64,000 nt of DNA from Polyangiaceae bacterium (GTDB lineage Bacteria > Myxococcota_A > Polyangia > Polyangiales > Polyangiaceae). Under the pieces are notes generated by a model, which saw only the letters and a program-made list of their open reading frames with translations, ran no database searches and had not been told where the DNA came from. The position numbers and the translations under genes are program-made. The stretch's first letter is position 1. Each line of letters begins with the position of its first letter. The stretch covers positions 1-64,000 of the forward strand of contig JBILLK010000018.1 in NCBI GenBank assembly GCA_044376115.1. The letters run 5' to 3'. This document shows, one piece after another, positions 9,094 to 18,244 of the stretch.

Positions 9094-10347
9094 ATGCAAA
9101 CTAGAGTTGCTTCAATTGGGCTGGTACTCGCTGCGGCGGCGTTTCTAAGCGGCTGTGAGCTCATCGCCTCGGTCGACCGAAGTCTTCTCGATGCCGGAGG
9201 AGGAGGAAGCACGGCCGGTGGTGGTGGTGCAGGCGCTACTGGCGGTGGTGGCAGCACCACCGGCGGAATGGGTGGCGGCGGGAACGGTGGGATGGGAGCC
9301 AACGGAGGCAACGGAGGCAACGGCGGCGATGGTGGAGCCGGCGGCTCCGGCTGCTCCGATCCAAGCGAGTGTGCGGTGCCGCCTGTTTGTGTCAACGCCA
9401 CCTGCACCGACGGCGTCTGCGGTACGCAGGACGCTGCTGCTGACACCGCCTGTACGGACGGCAACGTCACCGGAATCTGTGATGGTTCTGGTTCGTGCGT
9501 TGAGTGTCTCAACAACGCTGATTGCACGGTCAACGGCGAGACCTGTGACCTCGCGACCAACAATTGTGTCCCGGCGTCGTGCATGGACAACGTGCTCAAC
9601 GGCACCGAGACCGACATCGATTGTGGCGGTGGAACCTGCAACGATTGCGTCAACGGTGACACGTGCGCTGTCTCGGGTGACTGCACGTCGAACTTCTGCA
9701 TGGGTACGACCTGCACGGCGTGTTCAGGCTCGGGCGCTGGGCAATGTGCAGCGGCGGAGTACTGCGAAGCTGGTGTCTGCGTTGCGGACAAGGCGGATGG
9801 TCAGAGCTGCACCGGCGACGGCGAATGTTCGAACAATCAATGTGAAGGTGGCTTCTGCTGCGCCACGGATTGCTCGAATGGCTGCCAGTCCTGTAACCCT
9901 GCTGAAAACGGTGGCATGGCTGGTGTTTGCGCCAACGTGACGTCCGGAACCGATCCGAAAAACAACTGTGCAGACATGCCGCCTTGTGGGCTCGGGACCT
10001 GCGGCAACGGTGCTTGTCAGTTCGCTCCGAACACGACGGACTGCGGCACGGCGGCAACTTGCACGGATGAAAACCTGAAGCCGCAGGACAAGTGTAGCGG
10101 TAACAGCGCTGCCTGCGTCGCGGGCGTCAGTGCCGCGTGCCCCAACAACTTCAACTGCGACGGCTCGCTGATGCCAGACGCTTGCTTCACGACCTGCACC
10201 TTGCAGACGGACTGCGCTGACTCTGGCTTGCCCACCGGCTTCTACTGCGATGGCAATGCCTGCGTGGACAAGAAGGCGACGGGCGCGACGTGCGTAGACG
10301 GGTTCGAGTGTGAATCCGGCACGTGCACCGCCACTGCGTGCACCTGA
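9094..10347 (+). CDS. Gly-rich/Cys-rich lipoprotein
   Basis: LSGC lipobox, poly-Gly linker, 53 Cys counted, myxobacterial NGTETDIDCGG motif. Confidence 0.85.
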   Translation: MQTRVASIGLVLAAAAFLSGCELIASVDRSLLDAGGGGSTAGGGGAGATGGGGSTTGGMGGGGNGGMGANGGNGGNGGDGGAGGSGCSDPSECAVPPVCVNATCTDGVCGTQDAAADTACTDGNVTGICDGSGSCVECLNNADCTVNGETCDLATNNCVPASCMDNVLNGTETDIDCGGGTCNDCVNGDTCAVSGDCTSNFCMGTTCTACSGSGAGQCAAAEYCEAGVCVADKADGQSCTGDGECSNNQCEGGFCCATDCSNGCQSCNPAENGGMAGVCANVTSGTDPKNNCADMPPCGLGTCGNGACQFAPNTTDCGTAATCTDENLKPQDKCSGNSAACVAGVSAACPNNFNCDGSLMPDACFTTCTLQTDCADSGLPTGFYCDGNACVDKKATGATCVDGFECESGTCTATACT

Positions 10348-10364
10348 GCTGATCCACGTTGAGC

Positions 10365-10400
10365 AAACGCCGGCCCTTCAAAGGGTCGGCGTTTTCTTTT
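10365..10400 (+). terminator. Rho-independent terminator between convergent genes
   Basis: aaacgccggccctt-ca-aagggtcggcgttt hairpin followed by a T-rich tract. Confidence 0.85.
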
Positions 10401-10421
10401 CCATCAACAGCGAGCGCCTTG

Positions 10422-12143
10422 CTAACTCGATTCGTTGAACTCGGGGTCCACCGGAGTCTCCCAAGGCCGTGGCGCCTTGGCAGCTTCCCAACGTGACTCG
10501 AGCCGTTCGGCGATCCGATCCAGCAAGGGCTGCATACTGGCCGCGGAGAGCGCCGATACCAACGCAGGCTTCGAGGGTAGCCAGTGAATTCGATGCCGCT
10601 CGTCATCGGAGAGACGGTCGGACTTGTTGAACACGATGATGCGGTCGATAGCGTCGAGTCCTAGCTCCTCGAGAAGGTGCTCGGTCGTTGCGATGTGATC
10701 GCTGGACGCAGGGTCGCTCGCGTCAACCACATGAAGGATCAGGTCGGCGTCTGCCACCTCCTCGAAGGTTGCGCGAAATGCCGCAAAGAGGTCCGGTGGG
10801 AGATCTCGGATAAAGCCGACGGTATCGGTGATGATCACCTCCCGTTCCTCCGGAAAGCGCAGCCTTCGCGAACGCGTATCGAGCGTTGCAAACAGCTTGT
10901 TTTCGGAAAGGGTGTCTGCGCCCGTGAGGGTGTTGAGCAGCGTGCTCTTCCCCGCGTTGGTGTACCCGACGATGCTCACGATCGGCACCTCAGTGCGGGC
11001 TCGACGCTTACGCCGAACGAGGCGCTCCTTGGCTAGCTTCTTCAGCTGGTCTTCGAGATGGTTCACCCGTTCACGGGCTCTACGCCGACCAATTTCAAGC
11101 TTGGTCTCACCGGGGCCTCGACCTCCAATCCCTCCGGTCAAACGAGAAAGCGAGTCATCCTTCTGACCAAGCCGCGGCAGCGCGTACTTGAGCTGAGCAA
11201 GCTCAACCTGAAGCTTTCCATCCGAAGACTCGGCGCGCTGCGCGAAGATATCGAGGATGAGTTGGGTTCGATCGATCACCTTTAGGTCGCAATGCTGACT
11301 GATGGTGGAGGCTTGGGTCGGGCTTAGGTTGTGATCGAACACGAGCAAGTCGGCATCGAGCTCGGCCGCGCGCAGGACGATCTCGTCGAGCTTGCCCTTA
11401 CCAACAACGCGACGAGGGTCCAGACGGTCGCGTGCCTGAATCACCTTGAGCACGACGTCCAAGCCCGCGGTTCGCGATAGCTCGGCCAGCTCACTCATCC
11501 GCGATTCGGCGTTCTCCATCGCGCCGGCGCGGGACTTCTCAGCAACGTGAACGAGAATCGCACGCCCCTGCCCTTGGTGCTGACGATAGAGCCGCGATTG
11601 GCGCGCAAACTCCTCTTCCAGCGAACGAACGAGCGCACCAAAGTCGACGTCGAGCTTGCCGTACATCACGGGGCCGACGGTTCGGTAGGCTGACACCTCG
11701 CGCGCCTCACCAGCTGGGGATGGTGGAAGGCAGTGAGCGTACTGGATACTGCGCGGCTCCCCTTCCTTCGTCATCATCACCGCTGCAATGAGGTCGAGTC
11801 GAAGTCGAACAAGGTCGACGATATCGTCTCGGCTCAGCTCCTCGCCGAACAGATGCGTGTGGATCAAGCGCAACCCGCGGAGCCTTCCTTCTCGGGCGCG
11901 CAACCGACCAATATCGGGCAGCATCAGCTTGGTAGCGTCGCCAACGATGACGTGATCGACTTCGCCCGAACGATGCACGAGCGCGCCCACCTGACGGCCG
12001 CTCTCGTGAGCTGCGTCAACGAGGGCCCGCACCAGCTCGGGAGTCGTAATCACGTCGAGCGGCACCTTGCGTCGACCGATGCGCTCGAGCACTCGCAAAG
12101 CGTGCGGGCTGAGCCCGGTCGTGTTTCCGGAGAGGGTGGTCAT
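10422..12143 (-). CDS. hflX: GTPase HflX (long form)
   Basis: DRTQLILDIFAQRA, GIGGRGPGETKLE, GYTNAGKST, LFATLD, DTVGFI, NKSD. Confidence 0.96.
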   Translation of the reverse strand: MTTLSGNTTGLSPHALRVLERIGRRKVPLDVITTPELVRALVDAAHESGRQVGALVHRSGEVDHVIVGDATKLMLPDIGRLRAREGRLRGLRLIHTHLFGEELSRDDIVDLVRLRLDLIAAVMMTKEGEPRSIQYAHCLPPSPAGEAREVSAYRTVGPVMYGKLDVDFGALVRSLEEEFARQSRLYRQHQGQGRAILVHVAEKSRAGAMENAESRMSELAELSRTAGLDVVLKVIQARDRLDPRRVVGKGKLDEIVLRAAELDADLLVFDHNLSPTQASTISQHCDLKVIDRTQLILDIFAQRAESSDGKLQVELAQLKYALPRLGQKDDSLSRLTGGIGGRGPGETKLEIGRRRARERVNHLEDQLKKLAKERLVRRKRRARTEVPIVSIVGYTNAGKSTLLNTLTGADTLSENKLFATLDTRSRRLRFPEEREVIITDTVGFIRDLPPDLFAAFRATFEEVADADLILHVVDASDPASSDHIATTEHLLEELGLDAIDRIIVFNKSDRLSDDERHRIHWLPSKPALVSALSAASMQPLLDRIAERLESRWEAAKAPRPWETPVDPEFNESS

Positions 12144-12255
12144 TGAGCTAAAGAACGTCCTGGTTGAAGGGCCAAGTCGACGGTACGCGAACCTTCTTCC
12201 TGACGAAAGGCGCGCAGTACCTCTACGCGCAAGAGACGTGCTAGACGTGGCTGGG

Positions 12256-13245
12256 ATGGCGCTGCTTACGCCGCTGACGGCTTCAGAGGTTCGACTCGCA
12301 GCTCGCTCGGTTGGCCTCGAGGTGCTCGAACTTCACGGCCTTACCGCTGGGAGCGTCAACTCGAACTTCGAGCTGATGACGCCCAGCGGAACGTTCTTTC
12401 TTCGGCTGTTCGAAGAGCAAGACCGCGCCGGAGCCGAGCGTGAGGCGCAGCTATTGTCGCGGCTGCACCACGCTGGTGTGCCGGTCGTCGTCCCGCTGAA
12501 AAAGCTGAATGAGCCAGGCTTCACGTCCGAGGTTCACGGCAAACCAGTCGCCATCTACCCGATGGTCCGAGGCGTACACCGCTGCCAAGCCACCGTTGGC
12601 CTGAGCGACGTGATGGCGGTTGGTCGTGCGCTAGCACGTGTGCATGTGGTTGGTTCCCAGCTCGACCCGCGAGAGGCGCTCACGCACCCAAGTCGATTCG
12701 ACTCGCAGGCCGTTGCCCAACGCCTGCGCAATCTCGACCCGCTGCTACTGTCGCCTGAACTCTCGTCTGCGCGATCGTCGCTGCTTGCGGAGCTGGAAGG
12801 TGTCCCCGCGTGGCAGTGGCGCTCGAGCGAGGTCGCGCTCATTCACGGGGACCTTTTCCGCGACAACGTTCTCTTCCTCGACGATGGTCAGGATTCGAGC
12901 TTGGCCCTGCTGGACTTCGAGAGCGCTTCCATTGGAAGAATTGCGTTTGACGTCATGGTCACGCTGCTCGCCTTTTGCTTCGGAACAACGCTCGATCTCG
13001 CGCTGGCTCGCGCATTGCTCGACGGGTACGAGCAGGTCCGGCCGCTGCAGACGCAAGAACGAGCGGATCTGTTCGTCGCTGGTAGACTGGCCTGCTTGCG
13101 CTTTGCTTCGACGCGAATCACTGATTACGAGCTGCGCGCGCGGGATCTTGGCAAGTACAAGGACTTCCGTCGCTGGCTCGCTCGGCTGCAGTGGCTCGAA
13201 GAGCTTGGCCAGGGCGGGCTGCAAGATTCGCTCGGACGCGGCTAA
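12256..13245 (+). CDS. thrB: Homoserine kinase type II (APH fold)
   Basis: GSVNSNF, HGDLFRDNVLF, LDFE, LRFASTR; MALLT start resembles the type II ThrB N-terminus. Confidence 0.8.
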   Translation: MALLTPLTASEVRLAARSVGLEVLELHGLTAGSVNSNFELMTPSGTFFLRLFEEQDRAGAEREAQLLSRLHHAGVPVVVPLKKLNEPGFTSEVHGKPVAIYPMVRGVHRCQATVGLSDVMAVGRALARVHVVGSQLDPREALTHPSRFDSQAVAQRLRNLDPLLLSPELSSARSSLLAELEGVPAWQWRSSEVALIHGDLFRDNVLFLDDGQDSSLALLDFESASIGRIAFDVMVTLLAFCFGTTLDLALARALLDGYEQVRPLQTQERADLFVAGRLACLRFASTRITDYELRARDLGKYKDFRRWLARLQWLEELGQGGLQDSLGRG

Positions 13246-13342
13246 AGCAACACGTCGATGCACGCGGTTGCAGTCGGCAGCTCGGGCGCAAATCGTTCAA
13301 GGTGGGTTTGCAGGCATGCAGATCCGCCATTACTCTGCCGGC

Positions 13343-14236
13343 ATGGCTGACGTCGGAGCACTCAATTTCACTGGCTTCATTGAACGTCGGAACGAGCGGC
13401 TCCCCGAAGGAGGAAAGAACGGTGGTCGCGGCTACGCGTACATCTCGGACCGCAACACCGCGAAGGTGTTCGAGACGCTCAAGCCGGTTGAAGTAGCCGT
13501 GCGAGCTGCCGTGAAGCTGTTTGAGGCGTACGGCAAGAGTGAGCTTCTCGGACATTCGGTCAAGGTCGGACCGCGGCAGTTCCCTCGAGTAGACGCCCTT
13601 TCAAGACGCGCAGCAGAGACGCTCGGTATCCGTCCCCCCACGGTTTACATCGTCAACAGCCCCGTGATGAACGCGGCCACCTTCGGCACCAATGAGAACT
13701 CGGTGATCATGTTGCACAGCGCACTCGTCGATCACTTCTCCGACGAGGAGCTGCTGAGCGTCATCGGCCATGAGTGCGGGCATATCCACAACTCGCACGT
13801 GGTCTATCTGACCGCCCTCCACTACGTGCGCTTCATGGCAGGAGCGATGTTTCGAGCGCTGCTAGCGCCAGCGGAGGTCGCGCTGATGGGCTGGCTGCGC
13901 AGAGCAGAGATCACCTCGGACCGCGCAGGCTTGCTGTGCTGCAAGAACATCGACGTCGCTACGCGAGCGTTGACCAAGCTCGCACTGGGCAGTTCGAAGC
14001 TCTACGACCAGTTGAACATGGAAGCTTTCATGGAGCAGTACGAGGAGATGCGCGACGGCTTGGGCCGCTTCTCCGAAATTCGGGCGAGTCATCCGATGTT
14101 GCCCAAGCGAGTGATCGCGCTGCGGCATTTCTCGGAGAGTGAACTCTATCGGACGCACGCAAACCTGGGACCGGGCGGTTTGACGATCGACCAGGTCGAC
14201 GAGCGCGTTCACGAGATCATCAAGGTGCTCGGCTGA
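13343..14236 (+). CDS. M48-family zinc metallopeptidase
   Basis: NAATFG, HECGH (HExxH), AEITSDRAG, SHP motifs. Confidence 0.9.
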   Translation: MADVGALNFTGFIERRNERLPEGGKNGGRGYAYISDRNTAKVFETLKPVEVAVRAAVKLFEAYGKSELLGHSVKVGPRQFPRVDALSRRAAETLGIRPPTVYIVNSPVMNAATFGTNENSVIMLHSALVDHFSDEELLSVIGHECGHIHNSHVVYLTALHYVRFMAGAMFRALLAPAEVALMGWLRRAEITSDRAGLLCCKNIDVATRALTKLALGSSKLYDQLNMEAFMEQYEEMRDGLGRFSEIRASHPMLPKRVIALRHFSESELYRTHANLGPGGLTIDQVDERVHEIIKVLG

Positions 14237-14292
14237 GCCAGCTCGCTTCATTCATTCTCCGCACAAACTGACGAAAGGTTCGGAACAGCAAG

Positions 14293-16062
14293 ATGCTCGA
14301 GTCATTCCACGCCAAGCGACGCGAAGTTGCGGCAACCATCGCGGAACTCGCCACCCTCGGCACCAGAATCGGCGCCCGCTCCATGGCAGCCAAGCTTGAG
14401 GAAGAAGTGATCAAGAAGCTGGAGCAGGATCGCTTCCACCTCGTGGTCGTTGGCGAGTTCAATCACGGTAAGACGACCTTCGTGAACGCCCTGCTAGGAC
14501 GCACGCTGTTGCCGGCAGGGGTTACACCCACGACCGCGGTGATTCACCACGTGGAGTATGCAGACGAGCCTGCTGCTGCGGTCGTCTTGGAGTCGGGAGA
14601 GCGCCGTACCCTTTCGCTCGAGAATGTCCGTTCCTACGCAGTCAGTGGAGAGGCCTCGCACCTGGCCGAGACCGTGAAGTATCTTGAGGTGTTCGTTCCG
14701 TCGGACATTCTGAAACAGAAGATCGTGCTGGTGGATACACCAGGCGTGAATGATCTCTCGCTGCAACGTTCGGACATCACCTTCAGCTACATCCCGAAGA
14801 GTGATGCGGTGTTGTTTCTACTCGACGCTGGGCAACCACTCAAAGAGAGCGAGCGAGTATTCCTGCAAGAACGCTTGCTGGCTCAATCCAAGGACAAGAT
14901 CATCTTCGTCGTCACCAAACGAGACATCTGGGACGCGAGTGAGGAGGCGGAGGCGCTCAACTACATTCGCACCGAGGTAGATAAGCTCGTGCCGAAGGCG
15001 CCCGTCTTTCCTGTCTCCGCAGAGCGCGCCTTGCAGGGCCAGGTTGATTCCGGAATGCCTGAACTACTCGCTCACCTCGCTGGCTTTCTGAGCGAGGAGC
15101 GCGGAAAGATCCTGCTTGGCAACGCCCTCACGCAAGCGCTGGCCGTGGGCGAGATGATTGGCAAAGGCATCGACGCACGCAGACGCTCTGCTGAGATGAC
15201 GACCGAGGAGCTCTCCCGCCGGCTAGCGTCACTGGAGCAAGATCTAGCCAAGGGGTCGCGGACCCTTGAACAACGCCGAAGCTTCATTCGCGAGGAGGTT
15301 GCCGCCATCAAGGCCTGGATGCGACGCGACTTGGAGCACTTCGTGGAGGACGTTGAGAAGCAACTTCCATCGGTGATCGACAACGCGAAGACCGACGAGA
15401 TCAAGCTGCACCTAGGCCCGTTCCTAGAGCGGACGATCACTGAATGGGTAACCAAGGAGACCAAAGAGATTGGCGCTGCCTTGGAGCTGCTCGCGGAAAA
15501 GACGGTGGCCTTGGTTCGCGATGACGCGAATGACTCTGCTCGCAGGCTCTCCGACTCGTTTGGGGCAGAACTGAAGGCGCCGGAGGTCCAGGTCGACGCA
15601 CTCACCCATCACATCGGCGTGACTGCATTGTTGGTGGTTGGAGTGGGAGTTGCGTTCTCCAACATTCTGTTGGGCGGAGGGCTGGCCGTCGCAGCGCTTC
15701 CGCTCGCTTGGTACTTGCGCGGCAGGGAAGACCGCATGACCCGTGAGAAAGCGCGGGAAGTGGCCCCCAAAGCAATCCGTGAAGCGACCGCGAAACTTGG
15801 TCCCAAGCTCGAAGAGATGGTGGGCGCTTTTGCAGACAAGCTCGATGCTTGGGTAGTCCAAGCGGGTGAGGAGCTTCACAAAGAGCTGATCGAGATCCTC
15901 AAGCAGGCCAAGCTCGAGCGCGACGCCGGCGCACTATCAGTGGAGAACGCGTTGCAGTCCTCGGATGAGCTTCGCGAACGCCTGAAGGCGACGACCAGCG
16001 CAATGCAGCAACTCAAGAGTGGGATAACGTCTGCGGCGCCGCCAAATACGCCCAGCGTTTGA
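14293..16062 (+). CDS. Bacterial dynamin-like GTPase
   Basis: GEFNHGKTT, GVTPTT, DTPG, TKRD, VSA; long helical stalk; hydrophobic paddle (VTALLVVGVGVAF...LAVAALPL). Confidence 0.9.
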   Translation: MLESFHAKRREVAATIAELATLGTRIGARSMAAKLEEEVIKKLEQDRFHLVVVGEFNHGKTTFVNALLGRTLLPAGVTPTTAVIHHVEYADEPAAAVVLESGERRTLSLENVRSYAVSGEASHLAETVKYLEVFVPSDILKQKIVLVDTPGVNDLSLQRSDITFSYIPKSDAVLFLLDAGQPLKESERVFLQERLLAQSKDKIIFVVTKRDIWDASEEAEALNYIRTEVDKLVPKAPVFPVSAERALQGQVDSGMPELLAHLAGFLSEERGKILLGNALTQALAVGEMIGKGIDARRRSAEMTTEELSRRLASLEQDLAKGSRTLEQRRSFIREEVAAIKAWMRRDLEHFVEDVEKQLPSVIDNAKTDEIKLHLGPFLERTITEWVTKETKEIGAALELLAEKTVALVRDDANDSARRLSDSFGAELKAPEVQVDALTHHIGVTALLVVGVGVAFSNILLGGGLAVAALPLAWYLRGREDRMTREKAREVAPKAIREATAKLGPKLEEMVGAFADKLDAWVVQAGEELHKELIEILKQAKLERDAGALSVENALQSSDELRERLKATTSAMQQLKSGITSAAPPNTPSV

Positions 16063-16151
16063 GCTCCTCGTCTCTCTTCGGGTCAACGAGATCGCTAAGC
16101 GCCAGCAAAAGGTAGCAGGCGGGCTCGGTATACGTGTAACCTCCGTAAGCC

Positions 16152-16943
16152 GTGCAACTGGATTTCGCGTCGCGTGAGGTAACGATGAAGCTGGTCTATT
16201 ACGGGCCGGCTTTAAGCGGGAAGACCACCAACTTGATTGCGCTTCACGAGCGCGCAGGGAAGGACTCGCGTGGTCGCTTGATGACGCTGGAAACGAAGAA
16301 CGATCGAACATTGTTCTTCGACCTGTTGCCCCTGACCTTCAAGTCAGAGACCGGCGACGTGAAACTCCGGATCAAGCTGTTCACTGTTCCGGGTCAGCCG
16401 ATTCACTCGTCCACCAGAAAGCTTGTGCTCCAAGGAGCCGACGGAGTGGCGTTGGTCGCCGATTCTCGGCTCTCAGAGACGGAGAATAACGCAGCCTCCT
16501 TCTTGGATTTGCGAGACAACCTGCGGGCCAACGGTTCGGATATCTCGAAGACGCCGCTCGTCATTCAGTTCAACAAGCGGGACCTGCCCGACATCCGAAC
16601 CGACAACGAGCTGAAGGCGATGGCGAGTGCGGGCAAAGAGCCTGTGTTCGCGGCCGTGGCGAAGGACGGTCACGGGGTCCTCGAGACGTTCTTGGCACTG
16701 CTCCAGTTGACCTGGACGACGTTGGACGTGGTCCATGGTCTCGGACAAAAGCTGCGTGTGAATGGCCGCGGCTTGCTCGCAAGCGCTGCCCATCAGCTCA
16801 ACGCAACTCAACCGATCGAGGAGCTCTTGGGCAAGCGGCTCGGAGGGTCGTTTGAGGCGCTGGGAGGCTTTGGCCCCGCTTCTTCCTCGCGCTCTGCCGA
16901 TTCATCCTCACCCAGGCCTCCACGCACGACCGGGGGAGGATGA
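16152..16943 (+). CDS. MglA/SofG-like small Ras-family GTPase
   Basis: KLVYYGPALSGKTTNL, DRTLFFDLLP (intrinsic Arg), TVPGQ, NKRDLP; C-terminal extension. Confidence 0.9.
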   Translation: MQLDFASREVTMKLVYYGPALSGKTTNLIALHERAGKDSRGRLMTLETKNDRTLFFDLLPLTFKSETGDVKLRIKLFTVPGQPIHSSTRKLVLQGADGVALVADSRLSETENNAASFLDLRDNLRANGSDISKTPLVIQFNKRDLPDIRTDNELKAMASAGKEPVFAAVAKDGHGVLETFLALLQLTWTTLDVVHGLGQKLRVNGRGLLASAAHQLNATQPIEELLGKRLGGSFEALGGFGPASSSRSADSSSPRPPRTTGGG

Positions 16944-18244
16944 GAGCCGAGGGAACCCGGAGCGCCGCGGAGGCCATCCCGACCTCCGGCCCCGCCCTGG
17001 AGCGGCCGCGTCTCGGCGATTTGCTGCCCGAGAGGGAAGCCCGAGAGCTGTTCGAGTCCTTCACCGCGGCAAGCGGTCTCGGTGTTTCCCTCGTCGACGC
17101 AAACCGCGAGGTGGTTGTTGGCCCGCTGCAAAGTGATGACTTGCTCGCGTTACGTCCTGAAGTTGGCGATCTCCTTCGACATCGGACGGAGAACGCGAGC
17201 TTCATCGTGGTGCCTGTTGCCTACGATCTAGAAACGATCGGGCAGCTCAACGTGGGTCCATTGAACCCGGTTGAAGGCGCCAACGCTGAGAAGCTCGTCG
17301 AGCACCTGATGGTGAGCCTTGACCTGCTGCTTCACGCTCGGCAACGCGCACACTTCGCATCCTCGATGCACCTCGCTTCGATCGAGGAGAGCTACAACGA
17401 GTTGCTCCGCAAAAATGCCGCACTTGAGGAGGCTTTTGCCCGGCTGAAAGAACTCGACCACCTAAAGTCGAGCTTTTTGGCAACTGTTTCTCACGAGCTG
17501 CGAACGCCGCTGACAAGCATCATTGGCTACAGCGAAATGTTGGCGGAGGGCATGAGCGGGCCGCTCACCACGGAGCAACTCGAGTTCGTGCAGACCATCC
17601 GACAAAAAGGAGATCAGCTCCTGCGACTGATCCTGAGCCTGCTGGATCTGTCGAAGCTCGAGAGCGGAACGATGCGTATGCATCCCATCTCCGTGCCGAT
17701 CGAGGCACTCCTCAGCGATGCTGTGACAACGGTAGGCCCCACCGCTGCGAAGCGAGGGGTGCGTTTATCGCTGAAGCCTGGTCCCCCCGTTCCCTACCTA
17801 CGAGCGGACCCGGACCGGCTGCGCCAGGTGTTCGTCAACTTGGTCGATAACGCCGTCAAGTTTACTCCGAAGGGCGGCGAGGTCTCGCTGTCGGTGGGCC
17901 TTGCGCAGAGCAGGCCTCAAGACTTGGCCGGCGCGGTGCTGCTCACACCGGTGCGACGAGAGGTGGAGATTCGCGTAGCAGATACGGGCATCGGGATTCC
18001 TCACCACGAACGACAGCGCATCTTTGATGCCTTCTACCAAGTCGATCAATCCTCGACTCGCGAACAAGGTGGCGCCGGGCTGGGCCTCGCAATCGTCAAG
18101 CGCTTGGTTGAAGCACACCAAGGTCGGATTCGAGTGGAGGACACAGAGCCGCGAGGAGCCACGTTCGTGGTGACCTTACCCGTTTCTGCTTCATCGACGT
18201 CGGGCGCGCGTGCTCGAGTCGAGCTGCCGCCGAGTGAGCGATAA
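16940..18244 (+). CDS. Cytoplasmic sensor histidine kinase with short PocR-like N-terminus
   Basis: SHELRTPL, NLVDNAVKF, DTGIGI, FYQ, GAGLGL boxes; ATGA overlap with the GTPase gene. Confidence 0.93.
   Translation: MRAEGTRSAAEAIPTSGPALERPRLGDLLPEREARELFESFTAASGLGVSLVDANREVVVGPLQSDDLLALRPEVGDLLRHRTENASFIVVPVAYDLETIGQLNVGPLNPVEGANAEKLVEHLMVSLDLLLHARQRAHFASSMHLASIEESYNELLRKNAALEEAFARLKELDHLKSSFLATVSHELRTPLTSIIGYSEMLAEGMSGPLTTEQLEFVQTIRQKGDQLLRLILSLLDLSKLESGTMRMHPISVPIEALLSDAVTTVGPTAAKRGVRLSLKPGPPVPYLRADPDRLRQVFVNLVDNAVKFTPKGGEVSLSVGLAQSRPQDLAGAVLLTPVRREVEIRVADTGIGIPHHERQRIFDAFYQVDQSSTREQGGAGLGLAIVKRLVEAHQGRIRVEDTEPRGATFVVTLPVSASSTSGARARVELPPSER

Noticed and set aside
12638..13342. Long N-terminal extensions in the ORF track (M48 gene; also 992, 4963, 32128, 47030, 43795-45144)
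   Set aside because: They overlap real upstream or opposite-strand genes or lack protein-like content; downstream starts with an RBS or family-typical N-terminus were preferred.
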